NCBI GenBank assembly: GCA_965645245.1
Contig: OZ287076.1
Span: forward strand, 372,001 to 436,000
Length of the DNA: 64,000 nucleotides
Direction of reading: 5' to 3'
Origin: Massalongia carnosa
Taxonomy: Eukaryota
In this document: positions 38,301 through 49,597 of the stretch, piece after piece
Layout of the letters: every line of letters begins with the position of its first letter
Numbering within the stretch: the first letter of the stretch is position 1
Translations under genes and position numbers: made by a program
The notes under the pieces: generated by a model
The model's input: only the letters and a program-made list of their open reading frames with translations
The model's database searches: none
Told to the model about the DNA's origin: nothing

Positions 38301-38395
38301 AAGCTGAAAGGTAAAGGTTTTTCGGATTTTGGTGGGGTGCTTACTAACTAGCGTGTTGCAAATGGGGGTGTGTTGCAAATGGGGGTGAATACGAG
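35363..38395 (+). mobile_element. Fot1/pogo-type Tc1/mariner DNA transposon, intact
   Basis: 61-bp TIRs (35363-35423, 38335-38395), each with two CACCCCCATTTGCAACA direct repeats; TA TSD at 35361-35362 and 38396-38397. Confidence 0.96.
36001..37845 (+). CDS. Fot1/pogo transposase (HTH, CENP-B-like HTH, DDE_1), 614 aa
   Basis: YNMDEKGF, RLLILDGHASH, LPSHSTDMLQPLDVGVF; uninterrupted ORF. Confidence 0.96.
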   Translation: MNSADELPKEERIQLAIAAYRESFNDWEAGPKAFEDKPSVRKIARKHGIIHSTLTRRLAETKTHKEAALLQQRLLPEEESALVDWTIQMEAWGWPPRVTQLRFMALEMLIKRDDRNDLGINWVSKFLSRHKELDTVFCQALDKERALMHNAEMLNQWFQLYAKNFNQYKFNEEDCYNMDEKGFAMGLVGKLRVICSKHDRPALLTQCGNREWVSLIECVSADGAVLKPWVIFKGKQQQKAWRSFIKEGGHIALSENGWTNNEIGLDWLKQCFEPETRSRLKGRYRLLILDGHASHLTSEAIQFCKEKDIILLCLPSHSTDMLQPLDVGVFHPLSTAYRVELEKYTRLGVGYSIDKADFLLLYQKARNRALSTQNIQHAWSKSGLFPFNPAIVLQKLPSPPHPSTPPKMTVTSSNDVSVSVAFTPANADQVNTLMEQLTDNDSNQLILDKLGKACKSALASSHLLRITNEELLVAARRKHERANRAKGHYGTARIMNSEVLEEREQKLASKEKEKIDKQMTKEFNLLVKSFNKLSPDLFMESKQRSPIKKALQRPPMLPPPSGSIILLSPSPIKKRSRGNSLPKKTFMIGPEANRMKEMRISRSGRTIKPSQRLD

Positions 38396-39169
38396 TATCA
38401 GAAACGTCATCAGCAACAATGTTGGTTCATGGTTCAACGGACTTTGCTGCAACACCCCAACGCTCCAATGCTGACGTGTACGTGTACTTGTACTCTGTAC
38501 AGAGTACGTGGTAACTGATCAGATAGAAAGCAAAAGGTGAGCATAACGCATGACAGAAGCCAATTTCGTCTCCCTGCTGACTTCTCTAGTCGATCCCTGT
38601 ACTATGTACTATTAGTCAATCGCGCCTATCGTCGTCGATGCGGACACACTGGATCCTGGATCCTAGACAGCACCCGTTACATTTTTCTGTTGGAGCTGCC
38701 GTCTACCATCGTATCCCGGAAATAAATCAACAGGAAGAGAGAAGCCTCTCCAGGGAAACATGCTGTGTATTGAGTTGCGTCCCCAGTGCAACCCACTGCA
38801 ATCAAGTTTGCCAACTTTGAACCGGTTCATACTCAAACATGTTGCGGCGCTAGCATCGACCAGCCTTCTCACAGGCGGTCTCCAATACATGTCACATAGG
38901 TACGGGAGAAAAGCACGTGTTCTAGCATAGTTTTCTGTGTTTTACATACATTCTAAAACCGAAAATCATCCAAACAAAACGACCTCGGTGATGGAGTTGA
39001 GACGGTCTACTTATAAGATGAATCTTTGGGAAACGTATTTGTCGAGCAACTCCGAGACAATCATCCACCTAAGACAACCCTGCCTGTGACAAACTCGCCA
39101 AACCATGAGAGACGTTGCCCTTGGCCATTTACTCCAAAGCACATGAGCAGCTCCGATTAGATTTAGAAT

Positions 39170-41458
39170 CTAAGCTCCCGGCGGTGGAGGTGGCGGAGGC
39201 TGATCGCTCGGAGGCTGTAGCACTGTCAGTTGTGCACAAAGAAGTTTCACAGGATTACTTACCGGAGGTGGAGGAGCGTCGCCTGGGGGTGGAGGTGGTG
39301 GCGCGTTTCCGGCAGATCCGTTAGAACCGTAATTTTGGAATAGCGCACCCAGGCCTGGCGGAGCACCGAGACCGCCAGCGCCCCCATGAAGACCAGGAGG
39401 TGCTCCCATGCTTTGCTGAGCGTACCCGCCGCTAGATTCACCATATCCGCCTCCTGGATATCCTCCATAACCGTAGCCTTGTTGACCTCCAGAGTGTGGA
39501 GGAGCCTCATGCTGTCGTTGCCAGGGAGCAGCCCCACCAGGGGGGCCACCGTAACCAGCGTTATGCTGATTGTGACTAGCGTAGTTATCTCCACCGCGAC
39601 CGCCACCGCTCCCAGTCCATGGAGGGGCAGCACCTCCATCACGTGACTGATAGTCATCACGACGCCCATGGTCATCTCCTCCGCGAGCCCAAGGAGCAGA
39701 TGCGCCGGTCGGTCCACGTTGCCATGGTTTGAGATCGCGGTCTCCGTCGCCGAACGTATCTCCGTTACCATTTTCATAGCCGCCTGGTCCAGCTTCAATA
39801 CGTTGAGGTGCTTCGCCGTTGCCAGCCGGCGCATTCCCAGATAACTCTTGCATGAGTTGCTGTACTGAATCAGCTATTGAACCAGTTCTACAATGAATAA
39901 TTTTGCTCACCTCGTATTCTCGGTCAACAGCATCACCACCACCAATGCGTCCAGCAGGTCCCCTGCCAGGTACTGGGGCTGGCGCATCGTTGCGCCAATT
40001 CGCTCCGCGCTGACGATCCGGACAATCCCTAGCCATGTGCCCAGCATTGCCGCACACCCGGCAAATGATATTAGCAGTAAAGTTACGCTGCTCTGGACAA
40101 TCATATTTCCGATGTCCGATTTGGCCACCTAAGAAAGTATTAGATTTATTCGATATGGAGGGACTTAGAAACTTACAATTCTGGCAGGCTTGATTCTCAT
40201 CGTCACGCAAGGTACCATTCAAAGCGGCAAGTTCACGAAGCTGGTTACGTTTGAGCTCGTTTTGTCCCTCAGGAATTGAAGCGGCCTGATTTAGTGTTAG
40301 TCAAACCCCAAGGACCTTGCAAACTATTACGTACGGTTTCAATGACATTATGGATAAGCTTCTTCGCTTTGTTGACTTTTTCTTCTGTGTCTGCCATGAT
40401 TAAACAATGCAAATCTTCCTCCTGGTTACTCGTGTGAGCTGCGTCAGAACGTCCCTTCCCTTCTTTTACAGATCCTTTGCCCCGAATAGCAATCTTAGCG
40501 AGAGACTCGGTCTCCATTTTTTTCAATGTATTCCCACGCGGGCCGATAAGTAGTCCAACTTTTGTACAAGTGCGCGAGCTATGTGTTAGTCTATGCAAAT
40601 CAATCTTTATAGCAATGTGTAAGTAGTATCATCAAGGGTTAGTGGCAACATATCGTTCGTCCTCCAAAAGATGCCGTACGCATCACCCAAAGGGAAAAAT
40701 AACAAAAGAAATGATTAGGACTTAGAGGGTTAGTTATCATACTGAAGTTAATTTCTGGATAATCATTGACCGGCACATAAACCTTCTCCTGTGTCTTAGT
40801 TGGGCGTCTATAGTCAGACGGTGGATGATAGTTAGGGATGATCTTCATGGCCTTTTCGATCTGCTTGTGGCGCTCATCTTCGAGACGCTTACGATAGCGA
40901 TATTCACGAGTGTTGACACGTTTGCCGGAATTATCGTACTGAGGCGGAGGAGATGGAGACCTAGTATGCATGATGAGCAAGTGGCCTTATGTAACAGTAG
41001 AACCAGAAACTTACCTATCGCCATCTGCTGGGACAACATCGTTGATTCTCAATTTTTCGCTAATCTCCTGAATGCGAAGATGCAAAGTATAAGCTTCAAG
41101 CTGTTCATTCGTCATATTGGCCATGATCATAGTGGGTAAACCCATCAAGCCAGCAGCTTTGTTCTCAGCAGCATCTCCCCAACGGTTTCTCTTCTTGCGT
41201 CTACGCTCACCACCTTCTACAGGCTCAGCTAATAGTTGGTTAGTGGTGATCGATGAACTGCATAAAAATAGGACGAGACTTACGTCTATCAGGACTACGA
41301 CCACGTTTGTAGTTCCCATCGGATATACCACTTGAAGGCTGAGTAGGATTATAGCCTCCATCATCGGCAGGAGGAGTGGAGTCGCTACCTCCAAACTTAC
41401 GACGTGATCCAAGTGGAATGTTGTTTGAGCCAGTGATACCTTGATTACGCCAAGCCAT
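39170..41458 (-). CDS. MSL5: Branchpoint-bridging protein / splicing factor 1 (SF1/BBP/Msl5), multi-exon
   Basis: [20 protein letters not shown] domain [42 protein letters not shown]2 [13 protein letters not shown], two CCHC knuckles, Pro-rich tail. Confidence 0.96.
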
Positions 41459-44400
41459 GATGTATCATGTGTTAGTTCAACCTCACGAAATTTTGTTGAT
41501 GAACAAGTTTGAATGAAGAGGGTTCAAAATAGAGTGAACGGGCAGTTTTGTACGTTGTTCTTAGTACGAGCTGATTGGCATTATTTTACCGCTAAACTAA
41601 ATGTGGTTACCTTCAGCTTGTGAAAAAGGTGATCATTTGCATTTCATTCAGCAAATAGTCCGAGTACTCGGTTCACGACCAAGGAAATCCCTCCTTTAAA
41701 GGTTAAATTAGAATGCTTGTAGGAAGAAACACCATCACTTTCAAGGTAGACTAACTGCCTGAGTTCAGACCTTATGCATCGCAGGAGCTCTAGACCCATA
41801 TCAGCAAGAAAAGTTATCTTTTCACACCTGTTATATTTAGGAACAAACTTCGTTGACAGTAGCAATACCGTCTGTGCTACTAGCCAAAGCAAGACATAGT
41901 GTTCCTAGAATAATAATTTAGAACCAAACCCCGAGTATCCACAAGCCATGGACGATAAAAACCAGGCAGGAGACAATTGTGCCGCACCATGCCTAGCCAA
42001 GAGACCGGTATCATGAGCGCTTCGTCAATTCTCTTGAAGACTCCAAAACCGACTTCGTATCCTCCTCGGCGTCCAACAACCCCAGATTCCTGATCGCGCC
42101 CGGTCGAGGCATGTTCTCCCGCGGGTATACAACCTCTCGTCGTCGATATGCATATTGTAAAGCTTTCGTTCTAGCGTACTATCAAGACACGGACCTCTTT
42201 CAGTCATATTCGCAGGCAGGCATGGTGGAATAAAAGTGCTAGCGAGCGGTATAAATCTGAGGGGATTCGGCTCACCTCTTTCTTGTGGTGTAAGCATTCG
42301 TAATAGTCCTCCAACGCGGGTAAACATTTTTTGGCACCTGAGACATCATCGCTGTTTGTATTGACCACATAGCAAGCCAGTAGTTCTTGCCAGAAGGGGA
42401 AGCAGCGCGATGGACCTGGAATTCACAAATTTAGATCGTTCATCCCTTGTTGACCACAGTTTCATTGTGGTGCCGAGTACTCACCGCCTGCGAGCCCATA
42501 GCCTGAAGACATGAGTTCAGACTATCTTCCTTAAACCTGTGGCTAATGCTGGTCAGGACAATGATTGAAGCTGAGGATTATTAGTGGAACATACCTACTG
42601 AAGGTTGGCGCGCAGCAGTAAATTACTCTAACTTTATAAATTACTACTTACGTAAATTACTTGCCTCAATACCTAGCCGTGCCCGGCTAAAGCCTCCTTC
42701 GTTCAGCATGTCTGAGCGCAAAACTCAACTTAACGATCACGACGAGAACGATTTCGATTTTATAAAACAAACTCACAATTTTATTATTTTCATGTTGTAA
42801 CATCGACGTCGCTTGATATCCTCATGATATGATCATGATCACTGTTTTTATTTATTTTTTTGTTATAAATTTCAACGTTTACTTATGTTTATAACGTGCA
42901 GAGCAATTTTACATACATCTTGTTATTTTCGCTAAGTCGATTCTCGATTTCTACGGAGTATGCGAAGTGCAATCAGATTGCCCCATATGAACTTTACAAT
43001 GAACAGGAATTTCAGGAAACTTTCTTTACAACCATAATCACCCCCCGTGCACCCTTTTAAACTCCATAGCTCAACCTGCGCCTCACCCAATAAGACGTTC
43101 CATTAGAGAACCGGCCACTTTATCCAATCTCCAACATTCTTTGGCACTCTTCTGCCTCTGTTGACTAAGACAGTGACAAATTCTGATAGAGGACAGAAAC
43201 CTCTTTGAAAAAATGCACTAGGAAGGTCCTTAAGGCAAAATAATCCATACGCCATCTAGCCAGAAGGCTTTACATCCATTATACCTTAAAGCCTAACAGA
43301 GCTCGGACTATGAAAAGATCCTATCGTAAGTTTTGAGTCCGGTAATCATCGCCATATTTCGGCAGTTGCAAGCAATACTCTTTGTCTCTCTCCTCTTGCC
43401 CTTTTCCGGCGCTTAACTTTCAAATCGAGTATAAGAACAACAACAAGTCCAGTGTAGCCAAGTGACTTGTGCAAATGCCAATGAATGAATCTAGCCTACG
43501 ATTGCTCTCCACAAACCCTGAATAGTTCTTCAGAGCGGTCTAGAATATCCTTGCATAACCAAGCGTAATAGGATTCAAGAAACTGAAATAATGTTATCAA
43601 AGGAAAACTTAGACCTTGATATGTCTGAAACGTTTGAAGCGCCTCATGAGAAACTCGATGCTGACTCCCCCCACCCCGCATGTAGTCCAAGTAGGTTTTA
43701 CATCCCGGTCACATGCAAGACGTAATTTTGAACAAACTACAGCACTCTTGTAGGATCTCAGAAGCAGCATGAGTAAAGATCCAGTGCTCTATAGAGTTTC
43801 GAACTTCTGCTGGTTATTACGCTCAGCTCTGCCAACTATAAAGATTTTAAGATTTCTTTTACTAAATCAGTAGATTATGCATTGGTGGTGACGAAGCAAA
43901 GAAAATGACTTATTTAAAGGGAAGGATAGAATGCTTTCCCTTATCTAATGTAAAATCGATCTATATTAACGCCTATCTTCAGAGAAGTTATCGCAGCTGC
44001 TGGAAGACATGAAAGGAATTATTTGTAAAATACAGAGGTTATTCGCCTTTTTTTAAATACAGCAAACTCTGAGGATATACCTGGATTTTGGAAAGATCTT
44101 TATTCACCTGGTAACTCGATACAGAACGGCTGCATACGCCGACCACCGAGATCACCGTAGATTTTGTGACCGTGCATAAATTTCTAGCTCGTAGGTCAAA
44201 AGCTCGCTGACAACCGACAGCTAATTCAGGTTATTGCATAGGAGATTCTCCGAGGATAGATTTCTCTCCTGCTGAATTGGTTAGTAACACCTTCCGTCGT
44301 TGAAGTTACGGGCCTTGAGTATCTATCGGCATCAAGTCCCTAGATTAGACAAGGGCGAATTGTTACTTGAGAAAGAAAATGATTTGAGTTGATCACCACG

Positions 44401-44642
44401 CTAATTACCTCTCCAAGGCAATCACCTGCAAGGTCAGCGTTAGGGATGCAGTGCGGCCCGAACAAACGCTTAGTTAATCAACGAGTGAGGGGACACGCTC
44501 GTCCGTAATTTGAAATCATTTCTCATCTACATAATGACTATTTCTTAGCTCTTTGCAGATCGAATGTAACCCTCTAAAGTTTAAGAATTCAGCCTCTATG
44601 ATCCAATCATATCGTTAAGGGTACCTTATTTGATGCTTACTA

Positions 44643-44675
44643 GCACTGAGTAGGCACTGAGTGGGCACTGAGTGG
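44643..44675. repeat. Three tandem 11-bp GCACTGAGT(A/G)G units upstream of the GMC gene
   Basis: gcactgagtag gcactgagtgg gcactgagtgg, ~200 bp before ATG 44865. Confidence 0.7.
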
Positions 44676-44864
44676 AAAGCGAACCGTCTGTAGGTGGTTG
44701 ATTAAGTAAATCAAAGCCAAGACGTTGTAACTACACCATCAAGCCGATTTCAGCACACGCATTCGCCTTCATAAATGAATATATAAACTGAAATGAATAG
44801 AGCTATCTAGATGTTTATCTTGCGAAAATCTTCATGAAAAGTTGAACCCGCAATAGCAAATAAT

Positions 44865-46979
44865 ATGGCAAGCAGTTTTGATTTCATCGTGGTAGGAGGT
44901 CTGTAACTCTCCGGAGACCGTTGATTTTATCTTTAACGCACATCAAAATATAGGCGGAACAGCTGGATGTCTACTCGCGGCGAAGCTTGCACATGCGAAA
45001 ACCCAGCCTACAGTGCTATTAATTGAAGCTGGCGGAGAACCAATAGGGGAGACTCTTCGATCACCATACGATAGATTTACACCTCTCTTTACACGCCCTG
45101 ACCTTGATCACAAATACTTGACAACTAGTCAATGTCAGCTCAACAATCGAGTCCTACCCTATGCTCGTGGAAAGGGTCTTGGCGGAAGCACTATCCTAAA
45201 CTTTATGCGTGAGTGGGATAACCATTGTCCTCCAACTCTTGCCTAATGGGATTCAGTCTATCTCAAAGGATCAGCGGAAGATTACAACCGATGGGCAGAG
45301 CTCGTCGGCGATGATAACTGGAGATGGGAGAAGACAAAGGAAAACTTTAAAAAGGTGAAATCATTCATTTGAGTTTGTCGCAGAAGACTAACGAAATGGT
45401 TTGACTAGATTGAAACATACCACACCTCTATTAATGAAAGTTACTCGAAATATGCAAATCCAAAGAAAGGAGATCACGGCTATGACGGGTGAGTCTTGAT
45501 AGTGACATATTACTTTCAGATAAGCCCGACGCTTACAGACTGTAGTTTGGTTGACGTTTGCCTTCCGCCTGTTTTGGAGAAAGGTGTTGATGTGCTTGCA
45601 GATTCTGCCGCCGCCTTTGGGGTACGTTATCTACTAATGAAGTTTAATACTTTCTAATAAGCTCATCAGTATCCACGAAACCTTGACTTGAACTCCGGAA
45701 ACCCTATCGGAATTGGTGTTTTCCCTGCTTCATACGCTTATGGCCATCGCACAACAAGTGCTACGGCACATCTTGCCAGTGTACCAGACAATCTGACTAT
45801 CTGGACAAACTCGGCTGTTAATCAACTTCAGTTCGAAGGGAAACGGGTCATTGGGGTTGAACTTGTGGATGGTCGCCAAGGTATGTTGACTGGAGTCCGA
45901 GTGATGTGTAAATAATAACTTGTTGCACCAAAAGCCAAATCAGAGAAAGAGGTTGTACTTAGCGCTGGAGCATTTGACACCCCAAAGATCCTCATGTTGT
46001 CCGGTGTGGGACCAGTAGAGGAGCTAGACGCTCATAAAATCAAAGCTGTCCACATACTTCCAGGGGTCGGTAAAAATCTACAAGATCATGTAGTGATTTT
46101 CATCAGCACTCGAGTTGACGGCATACTCGCCGAGAAGCATGCATTCGAAGCCGATGTAGATGGCATGCTTCGCGCTCGAGAAATTTGGGCCAAGGATGGG
46201 ACCGGTCCATTAGCACACCATAATGGAAGTCTCTTCGGCGGCTTCCTAAAACTCAAAGCATTAGCAGAATCAGATGAGTTCAACGAGTTGGACGCAGATT
46301 TAAAAGAATATCTCTCCAAGCCATCAATTCCGGCATTCGAGTTTGGATCAGGCGTGCCAATGATGCCGCCAAACTATCAGTTAACGAGTGATGACTCATA
46401 TCTTACATACGCGGGGATACTAATGAATTCCCAGTCTCGCGGCGAAGTCACGCTGCGTTCTGCAAATCCGAAGGATGCTCCTTTTATTAACCCTTGCTAC
46501 CTCAGTCATGCTTTTGACAGAAAAGCAATGATAGAACTCATCCGCGAGATAATGAATTTTCAGCAAAAGTCTGACATTGGTCAATATTTTCGAGGCTATA
46601 TTTATGGCCCTAAGAGTATGACTGATGAAGATATCCTGGTTGCTAAAGCCCTCTGCTAAAGAAGTGTTTAGCGAGCTAACGGTGTCTACAGGAGTTTGTA
46701 AAAGAGGCGGCGGGACCAGCATGGCATGCGAACGGTACGGTCATGATGGGGAAATCCAATGACCCGAATGCATGTGTGGCTCCAGACTTCCGTGTGTATG
46801 GTGTCAAGAACCTTCGTGTGGCAGATTTGAGCGTGTGTCCTTTGACTCCGAAGTAAGTCATATTATGAGATAGGCTTAGAAAGGCCTCACTAAAAATCGA
46901 CAGCAACCACACACAAAGTACTGCGTATCTAGTTGGTTATAATGCCGCATTGGCAATCATTGACGAGTGGCAACTTTGA
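44865..46979 (+). CDS. GMC (glucose-methanol-choline) oxidoreductase, multi-exon, no signal peptide
   Basis: FDFIVVG|GGTAGC FAD motif, ARGKGLGGSTILNFM, LMLSGVG, GVGKNLQDH, SRGEVTLRS, WHANGTVMMG, VYGVKNLRVADLSV, NHTQSTAYLVG. Confidence 0.93.
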
Positions 46980-49445
46980 AGTCGGGAATTAACTGGTGTT
47001 CGTTTAGAAAGTTGGTCTTAGCAAAGTAAGCAGAAGGAAGGGAGATCCCCGAGTCTTGGGTTCTGATTTGTGTGCTTCCAGGCGCGAGTTCGTTTCTTCT
47101 ATTTGAGCAAAGTTGAAGGCCTTTCGAGAGCCATTTTTTTTTTTCAGAGAGTCTTCCCTCGAATGGCTTTTCATTTTAGTAGCAATAGTGTCATGATATA
47201 AGCATGCTCCCTCGCTGTTCGTCTAGTCGTGCACAAAGAGCAAGAAACTTATCTCGAGGTTGTTTCCTAATTCTCGAATAAATCCCCGGGCATTCCAAAA
47301 GTGCTGTCTGTTCCATTGAACTACTCTAGCTTTACGGAGTACATCAGGTCTATTTTATGACGTTAAGATTAGATGTTCGGTGCCAAATTAGATTAGCCGC
47401 GGCTATTGCTAGCTAAATCATGTTGAATAGTCGCGTAGCATTAATAAGCAGAATATCAAAGTTTGATTTAAAATTTTTGCCCTCGAGCAATTAGTCTGAT
47501 TAACATTTGTTGAAGTTATCGCCTCACACTGCATTTTGAATCATGAGACTGAGAGATACGAAGCATTTGATATAAGATAACGAAGTTTACATTAATCTAT
47601 CAAAAAGGATCCAAAAGGAATAGCCATCTCTTTATCTGATTGGTAGATACTTAAGGTGTCGGGAGATTAAAGTCGTACATAATAGTTAGTGAGGTACGGT
47701 GATGCCTTCGCTCTAGGAAAAAGGATACAAGGTATGTAAATTACCTGTAGCACTAAATTGTAATGTCATCTCTTGACCGTTTCTTTTCATCATATAAGAA
47801 TCTACACATCAGAAGTTCGAGAAGTTTTCCCTTTAGTGCCACTGACCAAAGCCGGCTTGATGAATGAAGCTTGGATACGAGCTCTAACCTATAGCCCCTA
47901 GGATCCTTTCAGACAGAGATCGTTGTTTGGTCTCCTCCAAGGAACACCGTAATGATCTAAGACAGTCCGCAAACCTTCGACGGGCATTATCTTCTCCGAT
48001 GAACCCAATAGCCTCAACCCTCATCCATCATTGCGCACTTCCCACCCTACTCAGTCCTCAGCTCATACTCCTGCATTAAATAATTTATCTTCTACCGGTT
48101 GACGCTTTGTCGCATCTACTCCTTGTGTCTTCTAGGGCTCACTTCGCTATAACTTCTCATGAAGCTCCTCCTGCGCTCCATACCCCCCCCCCCCCCCTTC
48201 ATCCGTGGCCTCTGTGCGACGGACTTATCGGGTTCCTTTCCCCTTTCAGACTTCATTCTGCCCTGCACACCTTACGTCGTGCTAAGGGTAACTGCCAAGA
48301 TGCCGCAGGATGCCGCAAGATGCTTCTTCTTTCTTTTCCTCATACGCTAATGCATAGCTGATGGTGAAGATTGTAGGCTCGAGGGAGCGTTACGGGGTAG
48401 GGCGTAAGGGCTTAGTGGGTGTGCCGCATTTGTGCATACATAATGGCATAGATAAGTGGGACTATAATGGCTTTGATGAGCGGCCGCCAAGAGTAGAGAT
48501 TTCCATGGACAGAGAACTTGTTCGCAAAGAGCTGTAGAACCAAGCAAATTCAAGCATGAGTTGACGAATGACAAGGACATCAACCCCTCACAGAATTTTT
48601 CAGACCATAATCATTTTTCTCGGTTGACAAAAATTGACAGAGAGGGCAGAGCTATATATTCGGTGCGGAGGACTCTAGGGGTAAGCGGAGCAGGTTTAGC
48701 GTCAAGCCAGCCTGTTAAGATTGAAATCATTCAAAAGCGGAATAGAATTTCTGTCGCGAAAGGCAGTATCATCGGGCATTGGGAAATTTATATCTAGAAA
48801 ATTTGACCGCCATGTTGCAATGGCTGTAAGAAGTCGGAAGAGCTTTGGAGGGGAGCTATTAACTCTGATGAAAGCTATAGACGTCAACTAGGAACACTTC
48901 ATTCTCAGACCCTTGTCATCATCACTATCTCTTCCATTCTGTTCGCATAGCAAAAGGAGTAGCTGAAGGAATCGCTAAATGGCTTATCAAAGAAAGTGGA
49001 CATGCGTGACAGAATTGCATACCTATATCGTTCATGACTGCATGAAATGTCCGGAGTTTTAACACGTAACTAAGCTGAAACGTATCGTCTTCATCTTTTT
49101 CGTCGTCTTCACCTCTCCATCCCCTTCACCTTCTCCGCCTTCTCCTCGGCCCTTCTCGCCTTTCCTTGCCATCCTCGTATCAAGGGATGAGGCCTCAGTT
49201 CCATGTTATTATTAAGACAATGTAGAGTCGGAATTTACACAGTATTTACACGGTAAGTTCATTAGAGTAGCGCTCTTACAGCAGCCTCTGCCGCAACCCC
49301 GCATTTCAAGTGAAGCCTCGGCCCCCGCAGTTGATACAATTCGTTGCATGCGGTGTCTTTGCTCTGTACATACTCCGTACGCCGTACTCCTAGTCAACTG
49401 GGAATTAATCTACCCAGTGATCCAGAAAGCTCGTATGAGAAATAG

Positions 49446-49510
49446 CATCTCCATCTCCATCTTCATCTCCATCTTCATCTCCATCTTCATCTCCATCTTC
49501 ATCTCCATCC
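49446..49510. repeat. (CATCTC/CATCTT)n microsatellite just upstream of the glutaminase gene
   Basis: About 10 hexamer units. Confidence 0.9.
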
Positions 49511-49597
49511 TCCTCACTATCTACTGATAAATGCATCTCATGGTTCCTTCATTAATTAAGCAATATTATCATTCGGCGTCTTTTTGATACACCTATC

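Noticed and set aside
40559..40742. Intronic C/D snoRNA explaining the long SF1 intron
   Set aside because: TGATGA is present but I see no downstream CTGA D box or terminal stem.
48107..48900. Short ORFs between the GMC and glutaminase genes
   Set aside because: Under 90 aa, low complexity, no recognisable motifs.
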